Shown: positions 37,146-47,521 of the stretch, piece by piece
Layout: every line of letters starts with the position of its first letter
How positions within the stretch are numbered: the stretch's first letter is position 1
NCBI GenBank assembly: GCA_003577105.1
Contig: QEUQ01000001.1
Location: forward strand, 6,118 to 70,117
Origin: Acidobacteriota bacterium
GTDB taxonomy: Bacteria; Actinomycetota; Acidimicrobiia; ATN3
Reading direction: 5' to 3'
Length of the DNA stretch: 64,000 nucleotides
The notes under the pieces: generated by a model
Seen by the model: the letters and a program-made list of their open reading frames with translations, nothing else
Database searches by the model: none
What the model was told of the DNA's origin: nothing
Translations under genes and position numbers: made by a program

Positions 37146-38095
37146 AGTTCGGTCTTGCCCTCCCCCACTACGACTTCTCACTTCCAGGCAAGACCCCGCT
37201 CACATTTGAGGCGATTAGAGACATTGCCTCGCGGGCTGAGGACCTTGGCTTCGAATCGGTCTGGGTGAGTGACCACCTCAGATTCGACCTCGCGAAGTAC
37301 GGCTTCGACTCAACCATGCGCGAGTGCTTCGAATGGTCCACGCTCCTCGGTGCTCTGTCATCTGAGGTTCGGGCGGCCCGCCTCGGAGTTCTGGTTGTTT
37401 GCCTGCCAATACGTCCGCCACTTGTCGTTGCGCGAAGCGCGATCACTCTTCACAATCTGACCGATTCACGATTTGAACTCGGTCTTGGCGCGGGCTGGTA
37501 TCAGCCCGACTTCGAACTTGCCGGTGTCCCGTTTGGCACTCCGTCATCGCGAATTGGTCGGCTCATTGATGGCGCCCGGGAAATCGTTGCCCTCATGGAG
37601 CTCTCAACCGGCAATAACGCTCCAGAGTCCGAGCTTGGTCCCAGACGCCCGGCCGTGACCATTGGAGGTAAAGGGGGACCAAAGCTGCTAGACGCAGTTG
37701 CCCAGATCGCGGAGAAGTGGAATATCTCGTGGGCTGTGACACCAGAGCGCCTTCGAGAGCTTCTCGCTCGACTGCGCGATGCATGCGACGCCGCTGACAG
37801 AGATCCCAGTTCAGTTGAGATAACCGTCGGCCTCACATCCCTCGTTGCGGCAAGCGAGCACGAACTGAACCGGCACTATGAGCGCTTCGCCGACGCAGCT
37901 CCGGTGAAGCCCCTCTCACTTGGCGAGCTCAGACGCGAGCGCCTCGTCGGGACTCGAGCTGAAGTCGTAGAGAAGATCGGGCAGTTTGAGGCACTTGGCG
38001 TTGAAGAAATCATCTGCTCATTTGGCCCGGTGCCCTTCAGTGTGGCGAGCGAGGACGAAGTGGAGGCCTTCGCTGACCTGGTAATCCGCTCGTGA
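37142..38095 (+). CDS. LLM-class (luciferase-like) flavin/F420-dependent oxidoreductase
   Basis: MKFGLALPHYDF...GFESVWVSDHL...LGLGAGW is the typical LLM TIM-barrel signature. Confidence 0.8.
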   Translation: MKFGLALPHYDFSLPGKTPLTFEAIRDIASRAEDLGFESVWVSDHLRFDLAKYGFDSTMRECFEWSTLLGALSSEVRAARLGVLVVCLPIRPPLVVARSAITLHNLTDSRFELGLGAGWYQPDFELAGVPFGTPSSRIGRLIDGAREIVALMELSTGNNAPESELGPRRPAVTIGGKGGPKLLDAVAQIAEKWNISWAVTPERLRELLARLRDACDAADRDPSSVEITVGLTSLVAASEHELNRHYERFADAAPVKPLSLGELRRERLVGTRAEVVEKIGQFEALGVEEIICSFGPVPFSVASEDEVEAFADLVIRS

Positions 38096-38233
38096 ACCAA
38101 TGAACGGCGATTGAGTATCGCCGGGCAACGCTCTGCCGGCCGCCCAACGCCAACTATGGCCACAGAGCGCGTGCGGCTACAATTGAGAGCCGCGGTTCAA
38201 GAACCACCCCGCCCCACTAAGGAGTTGGTCGAC

Positions 38234-38470
38234 GTGCCAAGTTTGGGCTTTCCCGAGCTCATGATAATTCTCGTTGTAATCGCCCTGCTTTTCGGGGCCA
38301 GCCGGCTTCCCAAGCTCGCCAGGTCAGTTGGGCAGTCCGCAAAGGAATTCCGCAAGGGCCTCGAAGGCGTCGAGGACGAAGACGACGAGGATCAGCCGAA
38401 ATCCAAGAAAGAGAAGAAGGCCAAGGCTTCGGTTTCCCGCGAATCCGAGCCGCCCGATGACTACGAGTAG
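38234..38470 (+). CDS. tatA: Twin-arginine translocase subunit TatA/E
   Basis: The GTG start is preceded by AAGGAG at 9 nt. (M)PSLGFPELMIILVVIALLFGASRLPKLARSVGQSAKEFRKG has the TM helix, the FG hinge, an amphipathic helix and an acidic/lysine-rich tail. Confidence 0.8.
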   Translation: MPSLGFPELMIILVVIALLFGASRLPKLARSVGQSAKEFRKGLEGVEDEDDEDQPKSKKEKKAKASVSRESEPPDDYE

Positions 38471-38488
38471 CGTCGCTGCCTTCTTCGC

Positions 38489-39352
38489 CTAGAGAGGCAC
38501 ACCCGTAGCGGCCTTAGGGTAGGCCTCCTTGAACTCCTCGAACGAGGTGACCTTTTCCTGACGCGGAACGCGAAAGGTGAGGTCGGCGTTGTGGTCCGTA
38601 ATGTTCGCCTTGATGTCAACCCTCACAGCGCCGCCAAAACGAGCCGGTCCAAACAGAACGAAATGCAGCTGGCGCACCAAGTCGTCTACGCCTACCCAAA
38701 TCTCGCCCCCTCCCGCCTCGAAGTTCCCATGGCGACCCATCGCGGCCGAGTCTGTGAGCTTCTCGCCATCGAACTGAAACTTATAGTGCGATACGTAGTT
38801 CAGGGCCTTCTTCTCAATAGCGGTGTGATCTGGCCTGTTGATGCTCTCCGAGGCATCGTGAAGAAGTGACAGCGTCTGTGTGATGTCCTGTGCTTCACGC
38901 GGAAACAGCCCCAGAAATCTGCTGCGCTCCAGCTCGTCCACCTTGCCTGCGAGCCACTCGCGGGTCCCCGGCAGCAGAATTCTGACCTCATCTGGGATTC
39001 TCAGGTAGTACCCCTTTCCGAATCTGATCACGGTGAAACTCGTGCGCACATCTGGGCCCACATGAGTCGTGATGTCAGTCCAGACCCTGTCGGGATAGAC
39101 GTACTTGCCGGTCATCTCGTATGTGACCGGCAGGAAATCCGGATAGATGACCTCCTGGGTCATTTCAAAGCTGAATGTGTTGAGCCGCGGGGCCTTGGTC
39201 GCCGCGGCAGCAACTGCTTCTTGGCGCCCACGAGCAGTGCCGCACGCCGCGAGCAGGCATAGCGCCAATCCAATAACGGCTACGTGAAAGGCCGAGATTC
39301 GCCGGGACCGAAATCTCTGAGCCACTGTTGTGTCAGTCCTATCTATCTGCAA
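38489..39352 (-). CDS. Putative lipoprotein (signal peptide with LAAC lipobox). Function unknown
   Basis: ...VIGLALCLLAACGTARG carries the lipobox. The mature part has no recognised catalytic motif. The gene overlaps the MprF-like gene's end by 14 nt, so they are probably co-transcribed. Confidence 0.55.
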   Translation of the reverse strand: MQIDRTDTTVAQRFRSRRISAFHVAVIGLALCLLAACGTARGRQEAVAAAATKAPRLNTFSFEMTQEVIYPDFLPVTYEMTGKYVYPDRVWTDITTHVGPDVRTSFTVIRFGKGYYLRIPDEVRILLPGTREWLAGKVDELERSRFLGLFPREAQDITQTLSLLHDASESINRPDHTAIEKKALNYVSHYKFQFDGEKLTDSAAMGRHGNFEAGGGEIWVGVDDLVRQLHFVLFGPARFGGAVRVDIKANITDHNADLTFRVPRQEKVTSFEEFKEAYPKAATGVPL

Positions 39353-41141
39353 GATCCAAATGCGGTATCAGGCCACGGCGAATCAGGCCGAGGCGCAGAA
39401 ATGCTTCGATCTCAAGATACGCCAGTGCCACCCGTACGAGGTTCACACCTTCTTCGTAATAGATACAGCGCGCTACCCAGTCCGGAAAGAACTTGGAGTT
39501 GAAATTGAGGAGTGACTCAATCTGGAAGTAGGGATTGGCTCGCCGCACGATCCAACGCTGAACCTTCTCCCAGAGCGTCAGCTTCATCTCCCCCGACATG
39601 AGTCTGGCAAACGCCGCGAAGTTCAGACTGAAACGGCGATAGCCGAGATCCCGCAGCCCTTGGCACGCCATGACGACCATGAATTCGGTGAGGCCATTTG
39701 GGGTGTCTGGCTCCCGCCTCATCTCGTCGAGCGAATAGCCCGGAAAACTCCCATAGAAGGGAACCATGCGGAGGTACCCTCGCGCTCGCCCTTCCGCATC
39801 GCGGGCGACGAGGACTATGCAGTCCTCGTCGCCTATTGCAAGAGGCCTCCCAAGTGCCATGGAGAAGCCACGCTCGGGAGCCTTCCCTCGCCACCTGCGC
39901 GTAATCCGCTCCATGTCGCCTCGCAGCTCGGGAGTGACTTCCTTTCCCCTCAGCATCTCGATGCAGTATCCGGCCTTGTTGAGTCTGTGGCACGACTGTC
40001 TGACCTTGCGTATCTTTCGCCCTTCAAGTGTGAATGTGTCGAGATTGACGATTGCCTCATCCCCCAGGTACTGACACTTCATGCCAAGGGGCTCATACAG
40101 AGAGCGATGATCTTCTCGCCCCGCGAGAACAGCCACCTTCCATCCACGTTCGTGCGCAACTCGGCGAAAATCACGCAATAGCTCTGGAATGGCATCAGGA
40201 TCGCCCACCGGATCGCCTGAAATGCACGCAATGCCATTTAGATAGCGATAGGCGACGACGGCTTCGCCACCGCGCGAAAAGAAGTAGTTCTTGTCATCCC
40301 TGAGAGTGAAATACGCCAAGCTGTCACTCCCCCACTCCCTAACGAGGGACCTGACCCGCTCGCGCTCCTGCGCGTGGCTCGAATAGCCTTCGAGTACCGG
40401 GCGAAAGAACAGATATGCCGCAGCTATCACGCCTATCAGCGTGAGCGTACTCATCGATACCAAGAAAAACCGCTGGTATATCGCGTTGCTGACCTCGAGT
40501 GGGCCTGGCAGGCCGACCATCGCTCTGAATACGGTCGCCACAACGTCCGCTGTGCTCGCCTCTGCATCGAGAGAGCGGCGGTTCAGCATGAGTTCCAAGA
40601 CACCAAGGGCAAAGACCCCAACCGCGTACACAGGTACAAACCGAACGAACTGAGCAATTGACGGGGGGTCGCTCTTAGCGTCGAACTGACGGCGTCCGAC
40701 AACCAGCAGTATCAGGAGCGCGAGGTGAGCTGCCGCCTCCTCAAGGTCAAATCCTTTGAGGGTGTGAGCACCGACCAAGATCGCCGATGCGACAGTTGCA
40801 GCCAGCCAAGCGCGGTGCTTCCGGCGATGTAGCTGTCTTGCAAGCATCAACAGCAACAAGCCAATCAAGGCGGCAACGAATCTTGCGCCGAGCCTGGCGT
40901 CGAGCGGAACGATTGTCTCGATTATCGTCAGGCGGCCTCTAAATGGCCTTGTTGCCGCCGAAACAAGCGTGATCACGCCCGCCACGGCTGCTAGCCAAGC
41001 CGTAATTGCCGGAATACGAGACCGCCAATCGCCCTTTTCTTCAGGGGGATGTGCGGGAAACGCCGGTACTGTTTGCTCTTCAGCCGCCGTCTCCGGCGCC
41101 GCCACGACCGTCATGATGCCAATCATAGTTGCGGGGCCCAA
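39339..41141 (-). CDS. mprF: MprF/LysX-type aminoacyl-phosphatidylglycerol synthase domain protein (TM region plus DUF2156)
   Basis: About 6 N-terminal TM helices, then the C-terminal lysyl-PG synthase-like region (FSRGGEAVVAYRYLNGIACISGDPVGDP...VAVLAGRE...LNFAAFARL...). There is no fused LysRS. Confidence 0.75.
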   Translation of the reverse strand: MGPATMIGIMTVVAAPETAAEEQTVPAFPAHPPEEKGDWRSRIPAITAWLAAVAGVITLVSAATRPFRGRLTIIETIVPLDARLGARFVAALIGLLLLMLARQLHRRKHRAWLAATVASAILVGAHTLKGFDLEEAAAHLALLILLVVGRRQFDAKSDPPSIAQFVRFVPVYAVGVFALGVLELMLNRRSLDAEASTADVVATVFRAMVGLPGPLEVSNAIYQRFFLVSMSTLTLIGVIAAAYLFFRPVLEGYSSHAQERERVRSLVREWGSDSLAYFTLRDDKNYFFSRGGEAVVAYRYLNGIACISGDPVGDPDAIPELLRDFRRVAHERGWKVAVLAGREDHRSLYEPLGMKCQYLGDEAIVNLDTFTLEGRKIRKVRQSCHRLNKAGYCIEMLRGKEVTPELRGDMERITRRWRGKAPERGFSMALGRPLAIGDEDCIVLVARDAEGRARGYLRMVPFYGSFPGYSLDEMRREPDTPNGLTEFMVVMACQGLRDLGYRRFSLNFAAFARLMSGEMKLTLWEKVQRWIVRRANPYFQIESLLNFNSKFFPDWVARCIYYEEGVNLVRVALAYLEIEAFLRLGLIRRGLIPHLDLADR

Positions 41142-41279
41142 CTACCAAGACATTGGGCTTGGCAGAATCGAAAGGGTTGTCATTGCGCGGCTACGATGTG
41201 CGCTTGCGCACACAAGGCTGAGACAATGTGCGGCCTCCGGAGAGAGGTGCCGACACCACCAGCCACCCTCAATTCATCA

Positions 41280-42356
41280 ATGGCCACACCAAGGACTTCC
41301 CAACAAATGCGACGACTCATCAATAAGGCAGCCCAGCTCACACTCGCGCTGAGCGCGGCAATCCTCATTGCCAGCCCGGCGGGCGCTGCTGAGAAGCCGT
41401 TTGAGCCGATCTTCGAGGTGAACCCAGCGACCCCTTCGGCCGATGCGCCAGTGCAGATCCAAATTCTCTTCGAGCTTCCGGAAGGGCATTCGTTCATAAA
41501 GAGCGCCTCGTTTCGCATTCCCGCCGCATACCAGATTCCCAACAGCGACGACATTCCCAACGGAGACGTGATTGGCGACGGCACTCTGGCGCTGAAGGTC
41601 GGTGCCCTCGGAGCCATGAACGTTGGTCTTTGCGCGGCCAATCACGCTCCGAACTCGCCGGGGGCACATGCGACCATCGACATTGCAGTCCAGATTGGAG
41701 GAGGGGACCCAGGCTCGTGCACGGGCTTGCTGAACCTGACGCTCACGATCAAGAAGTTTCCCGACGGCCAATACGGTTTTGATTTCTCACTCCCCCGAGA
41801 CGTTGTTGGTCAGCAGCTCGACACTCCCCTTCAGCTGATCGTCAACCTGTTCAGCGTCACCAAGCCGAACTCCAACGTCAATCCACCGACACCCGGTGGT
41901 GCAACGGTCATCAGGAATCCAAAGGAGCCGGGAAACTATCAGTGGACACTCAAGGTTGAGGACATCGAGGGACGGGTGAAGAATCTCACCGCTCCGACGA
42001 GGGTCGACGCATCGAAGGGCCAGAAGAAGGAGAGCTCGGGACTGAAGATCCCCCCGGCAGCTTTTGTCGGCGGTGGAGTGGTCCTCGCACTCATCATCGG
42101 TGCAGCGGTAATGATGCTTCGTCGCAAGAAGAGTCCCGCCTGGGAGGGTGGCGACTCAGGACATGACTACTACTACGACGAGCACTACGAGGGTGCAGGC
42201 TACGACCACGACTACTCCGGCGAGGGCCATTCGGGTGGGGAGTGGGGACACGGCAGCGGCCAGCCGGAGGCCCAGCAGGGTCCAACGGGTGGCTATGCCC
42301 CGCCATCGGGTTCGGCTGGTGGCTACGACCCCAACGCTCACGACCACGGATCCTGA
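41280..42356 (+). CDS. Type I membrane / cell-surface protein with a His/Tyr/Asp/Gly-rich cytoplasmic tail
   Basis: Signal peptide (MATPRTSQQMRRLINKAAQLTLALSAAILIASPAGAAEK), a ~280-aa ectodomain, a TM helix (GGVVLALIIGAAVMMLRRKK), and a tail reading GHDYYYDEHYEGAGYDHDYSGEGHSGGEWGHGSG...GYDPNAHDHGS. Confidence 0.55.
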   Translation: MATPRTSQQMRRLINKAAQLTLALSAAILIASPAGAAEKPFEPIFEVNPATPSADAPVQIQILFELPEGHSFIKSASFRIPAAYQIPNSDDIPNGDVIGDGTLALKVGALGAMNVGLCAANHAPNSPGAHATIDIAVQIGGGDPGSCTGLLNLTLTIKKFPDGQYGFDFSLPRDVVGQQLDTPLQLIVNLFSVTKPNSNVNPPTPGGATVIRNPKEPGNYQWTLKVEDIEGRVKNLTAPTRVDASKGQKKESSGLKIPPAAFVGGGVVLALIIGAAVMMLRRKKSPAWEGGDSGHDYYYDEHYEGAGYDHDYSGEGHSGGEWGHGSGQPEAQQGPTGGYAPPSGSAGGYDPNAHDHGS

Positions 42357-42374
42357 CTCCGTGAGCGCAGGAGG

Positions 42375-43256
42375 CTAGGGGGCCAAGGCCACCTCCCCAC
42401 GCCCGCTCGATCGCGCGAGATCTAGGGCAGAGCGTGCGCGCGTAAGCAGCGACTCTGGGGTGTCGTCTGACCGGAACTCAGCGACGCCGGCGGAAACGCT
42501 TACACGCCTTTCGCCGGCAACCGGACTCCGACGCACTGCCGTGACTATCCGCTCGGCGGCGATCAGGCCGCCTTCTGCAGTTGTTCCCGCGAGCAGCAGA
42601 ACGAATTCCTCACCGCCGTAGCGAAAGACGACGTCGCTCCTTCGACAAGCCGCCTTCAAGAGGCGCGCGATTTCAGCAATCGCACGATCGCCGGCGTCTA
42701 TTCCGACCTCAGCGTTCAGCTCCCCGAGATCGTCTATGTCCACGAACACGAGCGACGATGGCCCGAGCCCGCGCTGGTTTCTAAAGCACTCCTCGGCGAG
42801 GCGGATCTCCATGGCTCGCCGATTCGGCAAACCGGTTGCCGGATCGAGAGCCCTCTCGGCCTCCAATTCTTCGACTAGCGCTCGGTTCAGCACCTGAGCC
42901 TCATGGACACGGGCTGCGGCCCTTACTCGAGCCTGCAATTCCTCTGCCTCAAACGGCTTCGTGACGTAATCAAAGGCCCCCGAATCAAGCGCCTCGACCT
43001 TGTCCCGCGACGTGACGAGAGCAGAGAGCACAACGATCGGGACCTCCGGATCATGTGCGCGGATCTCCCTGAGGAGGTCCATGCCGTCGAACTCGGGTAG
43101 GACCAAGTCGAGTATTACAACCTCAACTCCGCCTAACGCGTCGATGACACCGGTTGCGGAACCAACCTCGCGAATTGAGTGCCCATCGCGCTCAAGACTA
43201 AGTCGAACAAGCTCCCGAACTTCCGGCTCATCTTCGATTACGAGTATCTCTGCCAC
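42375..43256 (-). CDS. Response regulator with a GGDEF output (PleD-like diguanylate cyclase)
   Basis: REC domain (ILVIEDEPEVRELV...VVILDLVLPEFDGMDLL...VVLSALVTS) and a GGDEF domain with an intact RYGGEEF active-site motif. Confidence 0.85.
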   Translation of the reverse strand: MAEILVIEDEPEVRELVRLSLERDGHSIREVGSATGVIDALGGVEVVILDLVLPEFDGMDLLREIRAHDPEVPIVVLSALVTSRDKVEALDSGAFDYVTKPFEAEELQARVRAAARVHEAQVLNRALVEELEAERALDPATGLPNRRAMEIRLAEECFRNQRGLGPSSLVFVDIDDLGELNAEVGIDAGDRAIAEIARLLKAACRRSDVVFRYGGEEFVLLLAGTTAEGGLIAAERIVTAVRRSPVAGERRVSVSAGVAEFRSDDTPESLLTRARSALDLARSSGRGEVALAP

Positions 43257-43277
43257 CTGATCCCCCGGTAAGGCAAA

Positions 43278-44051
43278 TCAGCCGAATCTTCCCGTCACAT
43301 AGGCTTCAGTACGCTCATCGCCGGGATTGGTGAAAATCTTGGACGTCTCATCCATCTCGATCAAGCGCCCAGGCTCCCCGGCCCCTGCGATCGTGAAGAA
43401 TGCTGTCACATCACTTACACGCGCTGCTTGTTGCATGTTGTGGGTCACGATCACGATCGTGTAGCGCTCCTTCAGCTCATGGATCAAGTCCTCGATCTTC
43501 AGGGTCGATATCGGATCGAGCGCTGAGCACGGCTCATCCATGAGCAATACAGCAGGCTCCACTGCAATAGCTCGGGCGATACAAAGCCGCTGCTGCTGTC
43601 CACCTGAGAGGCCACCACCCGGGTTGTTCAACCGGCTGCTGACTTCATCCCACAGTCCGGCAAGCTTCAGGGACCGCTCGACTGCGGAATCCAAGGTGTC
43701 CTTGTTCTTGACCCGATTGAGCCTGAGGCCCGAAGCGACGTTGTCATAGATCGACATCGTCGGGAACGGGTTCGGCCTCTGGAAGACCATTCCTATCTGT
43801 CGGCGCACCAATACCGGATCGATGCTTTCTCCGTATATGTCAATTTCGTCAAGGTGGACTGTGCCTTCAATTCGCGCACCCGGTACCACCTCATGTAAGC
43901 GGTTGATCGTGCGAATGAGGGTCGACTTTCCACACCCTGACGGCCCGATGAGTGCTGTTACCCGGGCAGGCTCGATCACCATTGAGACGTCTTCAACGGC
44001 CTTGTGAGCGCCAAAGTACGCACTCACGGCGTCAACTGAAACCCTTTTCAC
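43278..44051 (-). CDS. pstB: Phosphate ABC transporter ATP-binding protein
   Basis: Walker A (GPSGCGKST), the [14 protein letters not shown] signature and Walker B ([11 protein letters not shown]). The length matches PstB. Confidence 0.95.
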   Translation of the reverse strand: MKRVSVDAVSAYFGAHKAVEDVSMVIEPARVTALIGPSGCGKSTLIRTINRLHEVVPGARIEGTVHLDEIDIYGESIDPVLVRRQIGMVFQRPNPFPTMSIYDNVASGLRLNRVKNKDTLDSAVERSLKLAGLWDEVSSRLNNPGGGLSGGQQQRLCIARAIAVEPAVLLMDEPCSALDPISTLKIEDLIHELKERYTIVIVTHNMQQAARVSDVTAFFTIAGAGEPGRLIEMDETSKIFTNPGDERTEAYVTGRFG

Positions 44052-44100
44052 TACTCGATTCCCTGATGTTCGGGGCGCATGATGAATCCTTCGATGAGCT

Positions 44101-45012
44101 TCACTTGACCGCTCCCCCCATTGTGCGTTCGCGCCGGCCGGAGAGCCACCTCGAGACCAGCGTCAAGCTCAAAATCATGATTATCAGCACTAGGGCACCC
44201 GCCCACGCTCGAGCCTGAGCCGGCTTGAACCCCGTCGTCGCGTTGTGAAATATCAACAATGAGAGCGTCGACATGCGGTGAAGCGGGTTGTACTCGGTGA
44301 AAAGGTCATTGCCGAGAGCCGTGAGTATCAGCGGCGCTGTCTCTCCGGCGGCACGGGCGACAGCAAGCATCATTCCCGTGAGAATTCCGTTGCGGGCAGT
44401 CGGGAGCGTGATCCGGAGCGTCGTCTTCCATTTCGGGACTCCGAGGGCATAGCTGGCCTCCCTCAGATCCCGAGGCACAAGAAGGATCACCTCCTCGGCG
44501 GAGCGGATGATCAGCGGCAGCATCACGATCGACAGCGAAAGGGCTCCGGCGAGTCCCGAGAAGCCGAAATTCAGGACCCAGGTTGCGTATATGAATGCAC
44601 CGACGACGATGCTGGGAACTCCCACCAGCACGTCGGCTAGGAACCGAACGGTTGCCGCAGTGCGGCCGCGGCCATACTCAACCAAGTAGACCGCCACCAA
44701 GACTCCGACGGGAGCTGCAACTACGAAAGCGATCCCCACGATGATGACCGTGCCGATGATTCCGTTGTAAAAGCCACCTCCGCCCTTAGCCGGGCTCCCA
44801 GGGGGCGTCTTAATGAGGAATCCGACGTTCAGGTACTTGAATCCCTGCAAAGCGACGTAAATGAGCACCCACGCCAGCGCGCCTATGGTCACTGCTAGCG
44901 CCGCCAGCATGAGGGCGGTCATGACGGCATTCTTGATCCGGCGGGCTCGGTAGTTAGAGTCAGCCGCCCACTCCGCCACTACCGCTGATCCGCTCGGCGT
45001 CGGCGATGTCAT
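44101..45012 (-). CDS. pstA: Phosphate ABC transporter permease PstA
   Basis: A 6-TM permease with an EAA-like loop (...[10 protein letters not shown]...). Its position next to pstB and pstC supports the call. Confidence 0.9.
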   Translation of the reverse strand: MTSPTPSGSAVVAEWAADSNYRARRIKNAVMTALMLAALAVTIGALAWVLIYVALQGFKYLNVGFLIKTPPGSPAKGGGGFYNGIIGTVIIVGIAFVVAAPVGVLVAVYLVEYGRGRTAATVRFLADVLVGVPSIVVGAFIYATWVLNFGFSGLAGALSLSIVMLPLIIRSAEEVILLVPRDLREASYALGVPKWKTTLRITLPTARNGILTGMMLAVARAAGETAPLILTALGNDLFTEYNPLHRMSTLSLLIFHNATTGFKPAQARAWAGALVLIIMILSLTLVSRWLSGRRERTMGGAVK

Positions 45013-46055
45013 GACGCCCTTCCTGTCGCGGCGCCCATCCGAGCGACGATGACTCTGGCAATCACGTTGACAACAAGCGTCAGGATCATCAGCGCGAACC
45101 CGGCGACGAAGAGGCTTTCAATGTGAAATGGCTGATTCGCTTCGGTGAATTCGTTGGCGATAACGCTGGCCAGAGTCGCTCCCTGCCCGAGAATCGACCA
45201 ACTGATCCCCAAGACGCTGTTGCCGATCACCATGGTCACCGCAATCGTCTCGCCCAACGCTCTCCCCAGCCCTAGAAAGGATGCGCCGACAACCCCGCTT
45301 CGGGAATAGGGCAGCACTGCGGTGCGAATGACCTCCCATCGGGTGCCCCCAAGCGCAATTGCTGCCTCTCGATGATCCCGCGGTACCGTCGAAAAGACCT
45401 CGCGGCTAATCGCAATCACCGTCGGCAGAACCATGATTGAAAGGACAACCGATGCGGCCAAGATACTGAAGCCGAAGAACGGTCCCTCGAAGAATCCACC
45501 TACTCCAGGAATCTTTGCGAGTGTGTTCTCCATGAATCCAGCCGCCGGCCGGAGCGCAGGAACCAGAACGGCAATTCCCCAGAACCCGTAAACAACGCTC
45601 GGAACCGCAGCCAGCAATTCGGTAAGTGTGGTCAGAGTCTTCTTGAGCTTCTTTGGGCACACTTCGGAAATGAAGAGCGCCACCCCGACGCCAACAGGCA
45701 CCGAAATGACCATGGCAATGATTGAGACGATGGCCGTTCCGTAGATGAACTGGACAATTCCGTATGGATTCGGTGAGGACGACGCGAGACTCGCCTCACT
45801 CGGCGCCCATCTAGTGTGGAAGAAGCTGAAGATCCCGTAGTGTCGAAGCGAGGGGGTCGCTTCGCTCAGGACAAACCAGATCATCGCGATTAGCAGCGCT
45901 ATCACCGCAATACCCGATGCCCGATTCAGATTCGCAAAGATCGCATCACCAGTAATGCGACGCTTCTTCGACAGCTGCAGCGCTAGTGAAGACGTCTCCG
46001 CCCGCGCCACTTCCTTCGCCTTCCCTTTGGGCATGGTCATCTTCCCGATACCCAA
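45009..46055 (-). CDS. pstC: Phosphate ABC transporter permease PstC
   Basis: Permease with an EAA motif (DHREAAIALGGTRWEV). It overlaps pstA by 4 nt. Confidence 0.9.
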   Translation of the reverse strand: MGIGKMTMPKGKAKEVARAETSSLALQLSKKRRITGDAIFANLNRASGIAVIALLIAMIWFVLSEATPSLRHYGIFSFFHTRWAPSEASLASSSPNPYGIVQFIYGTAIVSIIAMVISVPVGVGVALFISEVCPKKLKKTLTTLTELLAAVPSVVYGFWGIAVLVPALRPAAGFMENTLAKIPGVGGFFEGPFFGFSILAASVVLSIMVLPTVIAISREVFSTVPRDHREAAIALGGTRWEVIRTAVLPYSRSGVVGASFLGLGRALGETIAVTMVIGNSVLGISWSILGQGATLASVIANEFTEANQPFHIESLFVAGFALMILTLVVNVIARVIVARMGAATGRAS

Positions 46056-46168
46056 CTACATGTGCGTCGCAGAGGCTACACAAAGTCGCGACGAATTTGT
46101 GAACGCGCCTCCGCTACCGGAGTGCTGTGGCAAACTCCGGCGGCGGGGCGGGGGAGCCGGGTCGAGAC

Positions 46169-47374
46169 TCAAGCCGCTACTGGCGCGCCGTTGAGCTTGA
46201 TTCCCTTGATCTTCGCGACAGCCTTGTCTCTGAGAGCCGTCGAAATTGGCGCATAGTTCAAGGTGGAAGCCGTCATCTCGCCCTCATCCATGATCCACGC
46301 AAGGAAGTTCACAAGGGTCTTGGCCTTCGCTTCGTCGGTCTGATTCTCATACACGAGCAGCCAGGTTGCGCCACTCACTGGATACGCGTCCGGTCCATCT
46401 GCATCGACAATGCTGAACCGAAGGTCGTCGGGGATCTTGGCGCCCTGAGCCGCAGCCGTGACAGTTGCAATGCATGGCTGAACGAACTTCCCGGCACGGT
46501 TCTTCACCCATCCGACAGAAAGCCGTTGCTCGATTGCGAAACTCAGTTCGACGTATCCGATAGCTCCTTCGGTCTGCCCGACTGCGGCGGACACGCCCTC
46601 GTTGCCCTTGCCTCCAATTCCGACAGGCCAAGCGACCTCCTTGCCGGCGGACTTGTCATTGCCCCCAAGGGCCGCCACCCAACTCGGACTGGCGGCCGTC
46701 AGGTAGTTGGTCCAGATATCGGTCGTACCGGAGCCGTCTGACCTGTGTACAACTGCAATTGGCAGGGATGGGAGAATCGCGTCTGGGTTGAGGTCCACGA
46801 TTTCCTTGTCATCCCAGCGGGTGATCTGACCCGCAAAAATCTTGCCAAGAACCTCGCCGGTGAACTTCAAGCCAGACCCATGCCCCTTCAGTTTGTAGGT
46901 CGGCACCACCGCGCCGAGAACAGTCGGAATGTGAAGAACAGGGCCGCCCTTGGCCTTGCTCAGCTCGGTGTCTTTCATCGGCGCGTCGCTGGCGCCGAAA
47001 TCAACAGTTTGCTCGCTGATCTGCTTCACGCCGCCGCCTGAACCAATGCTCTGGTACGCGACCTCAACTCCAGTCGCCTTCTTGTATTCACTTGCCCAAA
47101 GCGAATAAATGGGGGCGGGGAAAGTCGCTCCTGCACCGCTCAGCGAATTGGAGCCGCCATCGAGCTTCTCTATGCCTGAAGGAGCAAAGCTTGGCGACGA
47201 GTTCAAGCCACAAATCTGGCCCTCGCCCGCCTCGATTCCGGTCTGGCTTCCATCTGATAAGCCGTCAATCTGGCCGCAGGCGGCCATCAACAACACGACG
47301 ACCATCAGGAGCGGCGTCACCAATCGAACGCGTGTCACAAGACTCCCTCCACGCTTCCCCGAATTGACTGCCAA
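46169..47374 (-). CDS. pstS: Phosphate-binding lipoprotein PstS
   Basis: Lipobox LLMAACGQ. The periplasmic phosphate-binding fold is present (SGAGATFPAPIY...GSGGG...). Confidence 0.9.
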   Translation of the reverse strand: MAVNSGKRGGSLVTRVRLVTPLLMVVVLLMAACGQIDGLSDGSQTGIEAGEGQICGLNSSPSFAPSGIEKLDGGSNSLSGAGATFPAPIYSLWASEYKKATGVEVAYQSIGSGGGVKQISEQTVDFGASDAPMKDTELSKAKGGPVLHIPTVLGAVVPTYKLKGHGSGLKFTGEVLGKIFAGQITRWDDKEIVDLNPDAILPSLPIAVVHRSDGSGTTDIWTNYLTAASPSWVAALGGNDKSAGKEVAWPVGIGGKGNEGVSAAVGQTEGAIGYVELSFAIEQRLSVGWVKNRAGKFVQPCIATVTAAAQGAKIPDDLRFSIVDADGPDAYPVSGATWLLVYENQTDEAKAKTLVNFLAWIMDEGEMTASTLNYAPISTALRDKAVAKIKGIKLNGAPVAA

Positions 47375-47429
47375 CAGCGAAGAGTCCGCCCGATCACCAG
47401 AGTCAGTCGCTAAATATCTTCAACCTACA

Positions 47430-47470
47430 CACGCCAGTCAACGTGGGCGTTGCCACCGGGTTAACAAGAG
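47430..47470 (-). promoter_or_regulatory. PHO-box-like direct repeats upstream of pstS
   Basis: On the minus strand the sequence reads GTTAACCcggtGGCAACGcccacGTTGACTggc: 11-nt-phased units resembling the actinobacterial PHO box (GTTCACC), 50-90 bp upstream of the pstS ATG. Confidence 0.3.
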
Positions 47471-47521
47471 GTAAACGTTCTCTGCATCTAGGTTGACTGC
47501 CCGTGCGGACCCGTCGGAGGC

